From Phoronis australis (Eukaryota; Animalia; Phoronida), in assembly GCA_002633005.1 (NCBI GenBank), contig NMRA01000092.1, forward strand, positions 839,116-903,115: a DNA stretch of 64,000 nucleotides, given 5' to 3'. Positions 13,390 through 25,045 of the stretch are shown piece by piece. Positions within the stretch are counted from its first letter, which is position 1. Every line of letters starts with the position of its first letter. The notes below the pieces were generated by a model, which was not told where the DNA came from, made no database searches, and saw only the letters and a program-made list of their open reading frames with translations. A program made the translations under genes and the position numbers.

Positions 13390-13676
13390 ACGATGATGCT
13401 GACGTTTATGATGATTATGATAATGTTGATGAGGATTTTGACGCTGCTGATGAAAACGATGAAGACGGTGATCAAAAATAATTATCTTGTTGACGGTGAC
13501 AGAGGCTGTGATGATAGTGATGTTGTTGACGTTGAAGGCATGATAATTCAGATGACGGTGAAAAAATTCTGATGATGATTATGATATTGTTGATAATGAT
13601 GATGTCGTTGTTGCTGATGAAGATGATAATGGTGCTTGTAAAATAATGATGATGACGATGATGATGATAATGATGA
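13390..13676. repeat. Degenerate (GAT)n trinucleotide microsatellite
   Basis: Runs of gatgatgat, gataat and gacgat. Confidence 0.85.
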
Positions 13677-15260
13677 ACACGGTTTTTACGTACGGGTAAG
13701 GTGTGTCGCATGATAGATCGAGGTGTGAGTCTTTCCACAAAGTCGCCGTCAAAATCGCGCAAAACGTTAGTCACGCACACTGATTCGGCAAACAAGAATA
13801 TTGTGTTCAAAATTGTTCCGAACTTTTAAAAGCTTTACGAAGGTTTGGGAGAAATATATTGTGTCTTAGTCGTAGTCATTTTGTTAAAGTATAAGAATAG
13901 GGTTTAGCACCTTTCTAAAGTGAGCTTATTGACTTGTCTTTGAACATGGACACCTCATTAGCTGTCTTGTGTTCTCAAAAACAGCTCGATTGTACTTCTC
14001 GAAAGGAGATAATTGAAAAGGTAATGCCAAGAATCTGACGTCGTTTTTATGTGCACAGAAGAAAATTGTCATTTGTAAATTACTTGGTCTACAGTGTATT
14101 CTACCTGTAGTAGACATTTTTCTAAACAAAACGATTCTGTCTATGGTGAACGGATGTTTTATCGTACACTGTTCATTTCTGAGGGCAATAATCGAAAGCT
14201 CACCTCGTGTCGCAGAACATTCACCTCAGAACAGAATCCTTTAACGCGAAGGTAGCTGTTACCGGCTCTCCACAAAATGTTTACCCCTCAGCGCAAGGAT
14301 AGCAAAAAGTAAGCGTGTTTGCAGTTCAGTTTCAGCTATATGGGTGATAAGAGTTCTTGTGGTGCGTGCTAAGCGTTTTGTTTCAAGTGGGAAGGATTGG
14401 CTGCTGTGAGAAAGGTCAAGATCCGTGGTAGGTTTGTATCTTAATTACGTTCCCGTTTTGGGGAAACGTAACTGTGATGCCCAACGAAGGACCGACGAGC
14501 AGCCATTCCGAAATGATCGCAATAAAGACCCAATGATTATTTTGCACCATAACACTTTCAGAAATTCTTTGTACCTTAAATACACTGATGAGAGATTACC
14601 AAAAGGTTAGAGAATGACCTGATTCTAACAGCAACAGGGAAATGCCGAATCCGTTTGATCACGGAACAAATACTAATCAGTTTGACCGACTTCATACCTC
14701 TAGTTCATGGCTGCGTGTTGCGATGAGGTGTAGACAAACTCGCTGTCGACCATGCAAAAGATGGATTCGCAAATTTAACTTTTTTTAATACATGATTCTC
14801 ATGAATGCCTAATGACTTCAATTAATTACTGCTTTATTAAATTGACAACTTCCTCCGTTGCAAGTTACTTCTGTATCTGAATACAATGGAATTCATATCA
14901 CTCGGGCTGTCACGACTCTTATCCAAATTTTTATCTCTGTTCTATATGCGATTAGGCAACTTATCACAAATTACTTATGTATTCATTTAGGTTGCTAAAG
15001 GTGTGTATTCATACCTTATGCCGTTTTGTATTGTTTCCGAAATGTTTTGTTTGTGTAATGTTTACTTGTTGCCCCGATATAACGCTAATTCGATTTCTTG
15101 ACAGTAATGTATCTACTGTGTTAGTTTCCGGTATGTTCATAAAACAATTTAAAAAATTAAAAACAAAGTCGTCGAAATGTCGAGAATAATTAAGCACAAT
15201 TTCAAAGCATAATGTTTTAATAAACTTGAAGACAACCTAGCTTTATATGTACAGTACTAT

Positions 15261-15542
15261 CAGAGATACACGATTGTGTCTTGTAAAGTAGGACATCTTA
15301 GTTTTACACTTACTGTTGAAAGAGTAATACACACATTGTGTCTTGTAAATTAAACCATCTGAGGTTCACACGTTCAGTTCTAGCAGAGCTACACACACAC
15401 ATTGTGTTTTGTAAATTAAACCTTCTGAAGTTTAAACGCACAGTTGTAGCAGAGATACACTCAGTGTGTTTTGTAAATTAAGGTATCCGAGGTTTACGCG
15501 AACAGTTCTAGCAGAGATACACACAGTGTGTCTTGTAAATTT
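15261..15542. repeat. Minisatellite, about 5 copies of a ~60-bp unit
   Basis: Recurrent agcagagatacac...tgtgtYttgtaaattaa...gaggttYacRcg..cagttcta. Confidence 0.85.
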
Positions 15543-15664
15543 TCAATAGTACATACTTCGCATTTCGTTTTCAGATCGCTTGAGCTCTAATCTTATGCTT
15601 CATGTTATTTCACAAATAAAATATGATTCACGTAACTACAGCACGACTTCAGCGCTAGAATTAC

Positions 15665-15716
15665 CAGTTGAAGAATTTTTCAAGGTGTCTCCCTCGGATG
15701 ATTCTTGCAGCTCTAT
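15665..15716 (-). CDS. Candidate 52-nt internal exon (gene B?)
   Basis: Strong acceptor ttttaatgtttgtctgttttgtag| and donor TG|gtaatt. Read in phase 1 after gene B exon 1 it gives YRAARIIRGRHLEKFFN; no downstream partner exon identified. Confidence 0.3.
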
Positions 15717-17201
15717 CTACAAAACAGACAAACATTAAAATAAATAAAAAGGCACGAGCAAAAACACCGTTGACATGCTAGTTTCTGGTACTCGGACATT
15801 TTGCCTCCAAAAGTTGCATTTGGTCCCATACTCTTCTCGTGAAGCACCCTAAATCGACCAGTGAAGAAATAATATGTGCAGTCGGCACTTGTGGATCTGG
15901 GATGTCGTAAGGGTTCAAACCAAAATTTTAGCTGGGAAAACATCCACGTATCGCCTAAAACAGTATGTTGACGGCGTTTTTCAATTCTAAGTATGTCTAT
16001 AGGGCAACCCTAAATGCGCTTACGGTCGGTAGGGAACCCTCAAATCCGCCTACGGTCGGTATGTTGCAATTTAAGAATGTTAATAAGTGAACTTGCTCGA
16101 TCCTGTCATTCTTTAGTTTAAAATCTAATTCGATCTTTCGATATTAAATTTCTTTTTATCGACAAATTTCAATTAGCTATGAATACAGATGTTATGTAAA
16201 GCGAGACTATGTAACATTATGTGGTCTTTTTACTCAGGAGAAGACTTCAAATGCATTGGTCCACAGCGCCACCTCTACTCTGACACACAATATTCCGAGT
16301 GCGGGCATTAGTGCGCATGCCCTTATTGTGACTTATGTTCTGAACAAATCGTCCGGCAATGGACCTGACCGTATAATGAATCATTCTATTTTTAATCGGA
16401 TCCTCGGTATCTTGAGTAAGTCACATAACACTAACTTGTGTAAAAGTCCTCGATTTAGTCTGCCATTGTTGTAACAGACAGTTTCAAACGCATTTCTTAA
16501 CTTCCAAGCAATCGAAATATTCGAATGATACTTTCCAGAAATGGGAATTCCGAATGTTTCTCAGTTGCTTTAATCGCCCATTCATTTTGCTACAATATCT
16601 TCTCATAGCACTGGGCAAGATTGCAGCCCTCAAAGTGCCTATACAACGTTCAGTTAACCTGCTGATGTACCACTGGCGTCTCACTTGAGGATCAAACGCA
16701 GATCACATGCTCGCAGGTGTCACAGAATGAACATTATCATGGTCTATCCATAATTTTATGGTTGTGTAACTCGCCTAAAGCACAGGTGACTTTGTTGGTA
16801 GATTCAAAATTTGCGCCAAACTTTTGAGGACTACAGAGCTGCATTAGAGAAATGGATGGGAAAGCCGCTGAAAATACTTGCTGATAGACTAAATCTGGGT
16901 TTAGTATCCTTTTAATTAATGGTTTCATCTTCCAAAGCAGGTGTTAATGACGTAGCAGTAGCTGTCAAGACATTTTTATGTGAAATTTCCAAAACAGTAT
17001 TCAGTATATTTTTAATCTAACCGAGCATTTGCTGCAAATCTACATGAATTCGCAACGAGGTCCTTATCAGCAAACATATGATTTGCCGTTTCTTAAACAC
17101 CAAAACACACCTTTCAATTGTCTCGATAACACACACCTATCCAGTAATAAATGATACAAACTGTCATACCTGCACGTTAGTGAACGCTTACAAGAACTTA
17201 C

Positions 17202-17286
17202 AAATGTTTTTTTCCTGTGTAGGGTATGCTACAATGAACGACATAAAAAGGAGGCACAATGAAAACAGGACCACAAAGTTTGACAT
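17202..17286 (-). CDS. First coding exon (signal peptide) of putative secreted protein gene B
   Basis: MSNFVVLFSLCLLFMSFIVAYPTQEKNI, then T|gtaagt. Same MSN start, phase-1 donor and similar 5' leader as gene A. Confidence 0.55.
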
Positions 17287-17367
17287 CTTCGCAAGTGTCA
17301 ACACTCAACAAACTGTTGCCCAATTCAAAACTTAAACGTGCGACTTATCCAATCCTCAGAGACTCAG

Positions 17368-17375
17368 TTTATATA
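17368..17375 (-). promoter_or_regulatory. TATA box of gene B
   Basis: TATATAAA on the minus strand about 80 nt upstream of the ATG at 17286. Confidence 0.5.
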
Positions 17376-18498
17376 ATTTCCGCTCAAATACGCAAATAGA
17401 CAATAATTTTCTGAGCTTTGAAATTCCCTATAATTATGATTTCCGGCCACAATTTGTATAACATTTTTTTTTTATTTACTTAGTCGTCAAAGATGTACTC
17501 ATTTGTCTCAAAAAGGATGTGAATTTCCACATTACACATTCCGTTCGTTTTCTCTTTGAATTTAGAACAGTCAGTTGAAGAAAAGATAAGGTTTCAAATG
17601 TGCAACGACTTATTTGACTCTGATGTACTAAAGTAGCACGTCTACGTTTTATTTGTTTTATTGTGCTTCTGCAAATTGACGGAACCGAGGACAGGAATTG
17701 AACAGCAATTTCCTGTTCAGTTAATGTCTTTGACTAAAACTGTTTGACAAGATTGGAAATGACGCACCAAAATGTAATCTCAACGTCTAAGCACGAGTTT
17801 TTAGAAGTTCAAAATTGCTACTGAAATATTCGCTATTTCTATTTAACCACTTTATGAAATTATTAATTTATAGAATTCCAAATGAGTATCGCGATTGATG
17901 AATTTAAAAAGACGGGAAGCCAAGTTTTTATTTCCCCTGCACATATTTGTATTTTACAAAATCATCTTGAACAAAAGCTTGTTGATCTTGTAGGTTTCTG
18001 CTTTCGCCTTATTCAGCATCAATCGACAATGCTTAGAGTGTCCAGGACCCTGCTTCTCGAAGAAAAGTCTATTGCGTTTCTCGAAAAGTTTTGTCTTCCG
18101 TCTTTTCGAGCAGGCTACGGATTTTTGTACTTTGATTTTGAGTTAAAGACAGATTCTCAGACATTCAGTCTTCGCCTGATTTTCGTGAAACTGATGAAGC
18201 ATACCGTGCACTTATTTTTAACGAAAACACAAAAGGCAATAGAGTCTTACAGAAACAGGGTTCGACAACAGTTGGTGATCACTATTTTGTCAAAGACGCT
18301 TTTCCTTAGATTTCACAAGTTTTGGATAAAGGTAGAGTTCCCAATTGAAAAATATAACTAAAATAGGACCATATCTTTATAGCCTGTATGTTCATGGGTT
18401 TTCAAAGTTCGATGGTGTCACCAATTTTCAACGGTCATTTTGTGTTGTACAACCTGCAATCCAAACAATAAAAACTGAAGTCTATTTATTTTCCGAAT

Positions 18499-20410
18499 AA
18501 CAAGAGCAACGATGGGGCGCTGACATGCACCCATGGTACATCGCATGATTCAAAGGGCCACTAGGAGGTGCTGCAGTAGTTGAATCAGCCGAAAATCAAA
18601 CGATGTGGGCGCATTGTATTGAGAACAAAATGGTACCCGCACATGGTAATCATCTATAACTATGTAAAATTTCGTTGAAATCCATTAATCGGTTCTCTAG
18701 ATACCAACCATTCAGAAATACTATTCCCCAAACAGCACTTAAAAAGCTCCTTTTCACTACGCCGCAGTAGACAAATACAACGCGAAAACGAAGGGTCCGG
18801 TGCATTGACGTCACATATGTCTGTGTCAAGTTTCGTAGACATCAGTCAAGCGTCCATGCCAAATGATGTATGGATTTCGCAAGCTATTGTTTAACTTGCG
18901 AGATCCATGCGGCGGGCGCAAGCGCGTCGGATCGTTATCGCCTGTGGAACGCTACCATTGGTTCCCTTTGTTGCGTCTTTGTTGGGTATAACAATACAGG
19001 TCACGCGGATGCGCACCTTGGGCGCCAATCAACCGGTTACCGATTAACGCCAACCGTTATCTTTATTATAATACAGAAAAACAATTGATACGCCTATCTA
19101 TCGATATCTATGCGAGGAATCACCGAGAATTTCTCTTTCCCCAATAGCCTATAAAAACCCCTTGAGATCAAAATTATGGATTATAGAAGGTGCTGCAGTA
19201 GTCGAATCCGCGTAAAAAATTAATGGTGATGGCGCATAGACACCACATGCCTCTGAGTCAAGTTTCATTAAAAATCCATCAATCGGTTCAAAAGACATCA
19301 ACCGGGAATGTTCTTCCCGAAATAGCCACTAGGAGGTGCTGCAGTGGTGTAATCCATCAGAAAATCAAATGGCGCGGCACATTGACATCGTATACCTCTG
19401 TGTCAAGTTTCCCCGTCAGTCGCTTCTCTTGATATCACCCAGAAACGCTCTTCCCCAAGCAATACTTCAAAAGCCCCTTGACTAGAACAAAGCGGTCACT
19501 AGGAGGTGTTGCAATGGTAAAAAATAATGGTGCCCGCGCATTAACATCATACGCCTCTGCGTCACGTTTCATTGTTCTCTACATATCCTCCGTAAACGAT
19601 CCCACACAAAATAGCCACTAGGAGGCGCTGGAGTTGTCAAATATGCCTGAAAATTGAATGGTGCTGGCCCAATCCCATAATATATTTCTGTGTCAAGTTT
19701 CAAGGAGATACGTCAATCGGGTCTTAGAATATCATCCTAAAACACTTCTCCGAAAGAAACAGTTGAATGGCGTTTCGCCTTAAATTAATTGGGTACTAGG
19801 TGTTTTCTACAAGGTCAAATCCGCCCGAAAATTTAATGGTGCTGCCGCATTGTCATCACAAACCCATGTGTCAACTTTCATTGAAATGGCTCACTCGATT
19901 CTCTGCGTATCTTCCCGAGACGCTCTTACACAAAATGGCCATTAGGAGGCACTCCAGTTCTCGAATCGGCTCAAAAATCAAATGGAGCCAGTCCACTCTC
20001 GTAATATACATGTACGTCTAACCTGTTCTCTAGTTACCATACGGAAACGCTCTTCTCCATAAAACAACACTTGAAAAGCCCCCTGTCAAGAACAAAATGG
20101 CTACTGGAAAGAGCTGCAGTGGTCGAATCCGCCTGAAAATTTGATAGTGCCGGCGCATTGATAACACACACATCTTTGCAGATTTTTATTGAAATCCATC
20201 ACCCTCCAAAAATACCGAAAAAACACAACCCAAGACTCCAGGGGGCAAGACACATTGAAAAATGGCATGAAATGTTCTAGTGACGTTCTACAGCCTTGTG
20301 CCAAATTCTGTCAAATTCCGACCAGGGGTTTTTGAGATATTCAGCGGGCACCCTGGCCACCGGACGCTCGGACAAAATTTCGACAATATGCCACCACATA
20401 TTTGTATACA
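18499..20410. mobile_element. Non-autonomous Helentron/HINE-like element (possibly two joined) with internal tandem ~120-180 bp repeats
   Basis: Starts aacaagag. Repeated ccactaggaggtgctgcagt...gaatc...aaaat.aatggtgc...tgtgtcaagtttc units. The end (gacaatatgccaccacata) is homologous to the reverse complement of 59081-59120. Confidence 0.6.
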
Positions 20411-20909
20411 TATACACACACACGCGCACACGCTCACGCACACGCACACATGTATATGTCTATATTTATCTCATTGGTTGCCATATTCCCTTGATTAAGG
20501 ACATTTTATCAAATAAGTCCAGTTGAAATGATTCAGTTCACTCCATAACACTCTTTAATGATATCGAAAAAGAAGACAACCATTGTAACTCAGAAAGAAT
20601 TGAACATTCTGCTAATCTCAGCCTCATTCAATATACCTTTGTAGATGTGCATTTCTAAAAAAATGATGCTCGACAAAAAATTAACGCTGGCCTCTATCCC
20701 ACCAAAATCCAATTTCTGATAATTGCAAAGCAGCAAGAAAATGTCTTCAAATTTAAAAATTTATTATTAAAAAATACAGCAAAGTGGCAAGTGTTCCAGA
20801 ATGATCGGACAAATGCAGGTTGGGCTCAGACACCCCAAATGGTGTAGACAATGCGTGAGCACATTCGCAGTCAAATAAAGCATTAACTTATTATAGTCTT
20901 TTTAAAAGG

Positions 20910-20911
<2 letters not shown>

Positions 20912-20981
<70 letters not shown>
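20912..20981. repeat. (TA)n microsatellite
   Basis: Perfect TA run of about 70 bp. Confidence 0.95.
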
Positions 20982-20985
<4 letters not shown>

Positions 20986-20989
20986 GAAT

Positions 20990-21660
20990 ACACAGAAGAT
21001 ACAAGGAAAATGTTGACAAACCCAGAAATCGCGAGGCATCCTATCTGGGTTGCAGACAATACATAGAAGAAAGAAGTATTTTCCAGATTCCACTGTTCTT
21101 TACCTACATAACACTCGTAAAACGTGTGCCAATGTCTCTTGTTCACGGGAACATACACTACATCTATCAGGATCACAAATTTTTACTTTCTGAAGAAAAG
21201 AGTTTATTTCTTAACTTTTATGGAAAGTGCTACACTGCAACCAATGTGAAGAGCTATCCACAGTACATTTCCAAGCTACGTTATAGTTTGCCCAATTATT
21301 ATCTATCAGAAAACCTTTATCTGCAAATTTCGGATAAATACTTGGAATAGTTTATCACACTTTTCGTAAATGGCACTGCATTTTAAATTTCTATTGAAGA
21401 ATGTAATCGTATCAAACGGCCCCAAAGGTCAAATTAATTATAATATATAAACATTATAATATTATTTGGATGAATGCCTGACTAAATTATCCACAGCAAA
21501 TGTGAAGTATCCATATTCTAAAACCTTTGTCTTTTGAATCATTGATATTATTTCCCTAATGGCTTAACTAGTCATTTTATAACCTCTCTGGTACATTTCC
21601 TTTTTATGTAACTATTACACGCTGTTATTTTTCGCATTTTGGTAATACTCTTGGTTTTTA
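20990..21660 (-). mobile_element. L1/Tx1-type LINE ORF2 C-terminal (zf-RVT-like) remnant
   Basis: Minus strand reads NSFLQKVKICDPDRCSVCSREQETLAHV(fs)YEC...W, the C..C...ET..H...EC...W motif. The 5' extent is approximate. Confidence 0.65.
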
Positions 21661-22656
21661 GAATTAAAAAAATATTTTTAAACCAGTCAGCTATGCGAAA
21701 TGATAATTACTAATGCATTAGAGTATTTATCTTTTGCTTCTGGCATAATCACCAATAACTGACAAAGGGCTTTCTAATGATATGACTCTTATAAGTGCAA
21801 TTCGGTTGAAAAACGGCGGAGTTGCGAAAAGCTGCGGAGCAAACGAATGCAAACACCTCCCACCCATACGCGGCGCAACCTCAGCGGCCGCGAGATCGTA
21901 CTTGGCAGGCCAGGGCTCGAGTTCTATGGTCAAACAGTGTGATGTCGTCACCATAAGATTAACCATGCATCTGAAAAAAAACATTGACGGAAAATCAGCC
22001 CAGTCCCTATCGGAAATTATGAAAATACACGTATTCACTATATTTAGCGCGATGTGCGGCGACAAAAAAACCCTTGATGTTCCTTTCAATCGCGTTTGAA
22101 AAGCCAGTTTTGTATGCGCAGCAAACCGGTTCCCGCCACACGCTACGCAGGTTGCCTGACTTTCACGGTACCCCCTCTGTTAGTCTATTTTGCAGTGTCA
22201 GTTTAGTATACATATTGCAACCGTCTAAGAAAGTCGTGAGCTGTTACTTTGTGGTGGTGTTACTGTATTATTTCATGTTCACTTGAAAATGAAACAGGAG
22301 TGTTTGGAAATATCGCACGCGGTTATACCGGGCTTATTTCTAACTGTTGCCTTTTGGGATGTTGATCGCTGCTTCAGCAGAACTTCAGACGAACAAAATG
22401 AAGACCATCAATAATGAAAACTGTCGTGTCTTCAATGGATTTTGTGTCTCAGAAAACGTGCTACTCACAGAATGTATGTTTTCTGTATCACAAAACGTGT
22501 ATGTTCCGATGTCATTACGTAATGGGGCTATTCGGAGAATTCTTCTCAAGGTGTTGCTGCTGTACTAGTGGCGATTGAATTGCGCATGCGTGGCTGTCTG
22601 CATGTAAACAACTGGTAAAAGATGGAATTTTTATCAAAATACGTCGTCGCGCTAAG

Positions 22657-23545
22657 CCTTGTTACTGCTAATTTTCCTGGTGCTAGTCTTCGGCAGGGGG
22701 CCACAAATTCCCAAAAGACCTAAGGTTACTATATTCGTGGACAATTGCGGTCAACAGGGTCAACTAACTGACAAAAAGCGTGTGGATGCTGAAGCCCCGT
22801 GTGTGCTCTATGTCATGACTATGCAGTTCCATTCGGAGACTACACATTACTTGGTAAGTTTTTAGCAATCAGTTTCTATCAACATCGTTCGGTGATGTTA
22901 TCCCCACCAGTTACCCCACTGAATAACAGTTTTATTGAGTGAAACTAAGTGTTTCTTTTTGGAAACTCACCCGATGCCGGGTAGGCTAGCAGCACATATG
23001 ATATTGTCCTGGGTGGGAGTGCTCCCAAAATAAGAGGTGTATGGTACGTGATGCACAGAAGTCAAGAGTGACTTTTTCACAGCAGTTTCTCTTCAAAACT
23101 ATGCTGTTTCCAATGAAATTCTCTAGATGAGTGAGTTTCCTTATTTTATTGTGGACCCCACCCCCAGGATTACCAGCTCAGTTATCGAATTAACATGAAT
23201 AAGCCTTAATTCAGTAAATGTCGTAACATTGCATTGGAAAAAATTGACACCTAGAATGAATTTTACTTGTTGAGATCAGAAGCACATTTTAAGTGTCATG
23301 AAAAATACACATTGTTAAATCACTTTTAGCCTGTTTCACATATTTTAATTCAGATATTAAATAAGACTTGGGTACAAAGGCTATTTGTTTCTACACATAA
23401 ACATGAAGATGAAATGTCAAGTATGTTCTGCCTTACAAAAGTAGTTTTGTCTTGTCTTTTCTTTTACAATTTGCTAATATTTCTATTCTGTTACAGGCAA
23501 GAAAAAACAACTGAAACCAACCACCTGACCATCTATTTCACCGTT
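22657..23545 (+). pseudogene. Intron-split THAP-domain pseudogene of the transposon
   Basis: YC*..GHKFPKDLRLLYSWTIAVNRVN*LTKSVW..PRVCS..DYTLLG|gtaagt (22853), then cag|KKKQLKPTT*PSI (from 23497). Shows the THAP FP, W, VCS and AVPSIF-like motifs with stops and frameshifts. Confidence 0.7.
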
Positions 23546-23933
23546 GGACAAAGTGAAAAGCAATCCTTCAGCAATAACCTGAGACAACTGAACGTAATTC
23601 AGAAATTCAGTACCTGATATACCTGATTATGGACTCCCTCGCAATGTTGTTTCTTTCTGTGCTTTTTCAGTTTGCCATTTGTTTTTAAATACACTGATAA
23701 TTGTTTATTCTCGAATCTTGTGCATAGCAGATTCTTATCCAGCTAGCTACAATTGAAAACATACAATAAGACAATCGATGCAGTCACTGAATGTCATTTC
23801 CCCCATAATCTGTACCAAATTGAAAAGTTTTTACCAATAGTATAAAGCCTTTCTTTTGAAAGCAAAATTTAATGTCACTCAGCTTTTGGCTTTCATTTCA
23901 CTGGGTTCTAGTTTCAATGGCCTATAGAAGCGC

Positions 23934-24749
23934 NNNNNNNNNNNNNNNNNNNNNNNNNNNNNNNNNNNNNNNNNNNNNNNNNNNNNNNNNNNNNNNNNNN
24001 NNNNNNNNNNNNNNNNNNNNNNNNNNNNNNNNNNNNNNNNNNNNNNNNNNNNNNNNNNNNNNNNNNNNNNNNNNNNNNNNNNNNNNNNNNNNNNNNNNNN
24101 NNNNNNNNNNNNNNNNNNNNNNNNNNNNNNNNNNNNNNNNNNNNNNNNNNNNNNNNNNNNNNNNNNNNNNNNNNNNNNNNNNNNNNNNNNNNNNNNNNNN
24201 NNNNNNNNNNNNNNNNNNNNNNNNNNNNNNNNNNNNNNNNNNNNNNNNNNNNNNNNNNNNNNNNNNNNNNNNNNNNNNNNNNNNNNNNNNNNNNNNNNNN
24301 NNNNNNNNNNNNNNNNNNNNNNNNNNNNNNNNNNNNNNNNNNNNNNNNNNNNNNNNNNNNNNNNNNNNNNNNNNNNNNNNNNNNNNNNNNNNNNNNNNNN
24401 NNNNNNNNNNNNNNNNNNNNNNNNNNNNNNNNNNNNNNNNNNNNNNNNNNNNNNNNNNNNNNNNNNNNNNNNNNNNNNNNNNNNNNNNNNNNNNNNNNNN
24501 NNNNNNNNNNNNNNNNNNNNNNNNNNNNNNNNNNNNNNNNNNNNNNNNNNNNNNNNNNNNNNNNNNNNNNNNNNNNNNNNNNNNNNNNNNNNNNNNNNNN
24601 NNNNNNNNNNNNNNNNNNNNNNNNNNNNNNNNNNNNNNNNNNNNNNNNNNNNNNNNNNNNNNNNNNNNNNNNNNNNNNNNNNNNNNNNNNNNNNNNNNNN
24701 NNNNNNNNNNNNNNNNNNNNNNNNNNNNNNNNNNNNNNNNNNNNNNNNN
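23934..24749. other. Assembly gap (N run)
   Basis: Run of N. Smaller gaps at 10682-10689 and 46031-46064. Confidence 0.99.
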
Positions 24750-24952
24750 ATTCCAAACAATAATAATGCTTTGATGTACGAAAAGATCCCGATTGCTACG
24801 TCAAGTATCGTATCACATATCACAACATACAAAGATTAACCAGACTCTGGCTGGCGACTGACTGCCGCGAAGTCGACATCGGCGAGTGCCTCAGTTAACA
24901 AGCACCGGTAGAATAATCATGGAATAATCGTTAAAATAATCACAAACCTTAC

Positions 24953-25045
24953 CTTTGTATGAGGTCGTGCTTACTTCCTCTCATAGAAGCACCCTTTTTA
25001 CGCAATCTCAGATTCAGTTGGCACGGTTGCAAGCCATTTCACCAT
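24953..25045 (-). pseudogene. SAP-domain first-exon remnant (second gene of the transposon)
   Basis: TV(fs)QLNLRLRKKGASMRGSKHDLIQR|gtaagg matches the SAP consensus TVxQLKxxLRxRGxxxxGxKxDLIxRL. Confidence 0.65.

Noticed and set aside
13233-13810. Asp-rich (+) and His/Ile-rich (-) ORFs suggesting a biomineralisation protein
   Set aside because: They are translations of a degenerate (GAT)n microsatellite interrupted by stops, with no supporting exon chain.
15261-15542. Regularly spaced repeats superficially like a CRISPR array
   Set aside because: Whole units are similar with no unique spacers, the context is eukaryotic and there are no cas genes; this is a minisatellite.
16484-16790. Coding-like minus-strand frame with an in-frame TGA (possible selenocysteine)
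   Set aside because: Additional TAG/TAA stops upstream in the same frame, no SECIS recognised and no selenoprotein motif; decay or chance is more likely.
17882-18361. 159-aa ORF
   Set aside because: No recognisable domain or splice context; composition typical of an AT-rich repeat interior.
23872-24832. Long 280-317 aa ORFs in the track
   Set aside because: Artefacts of the N gap.
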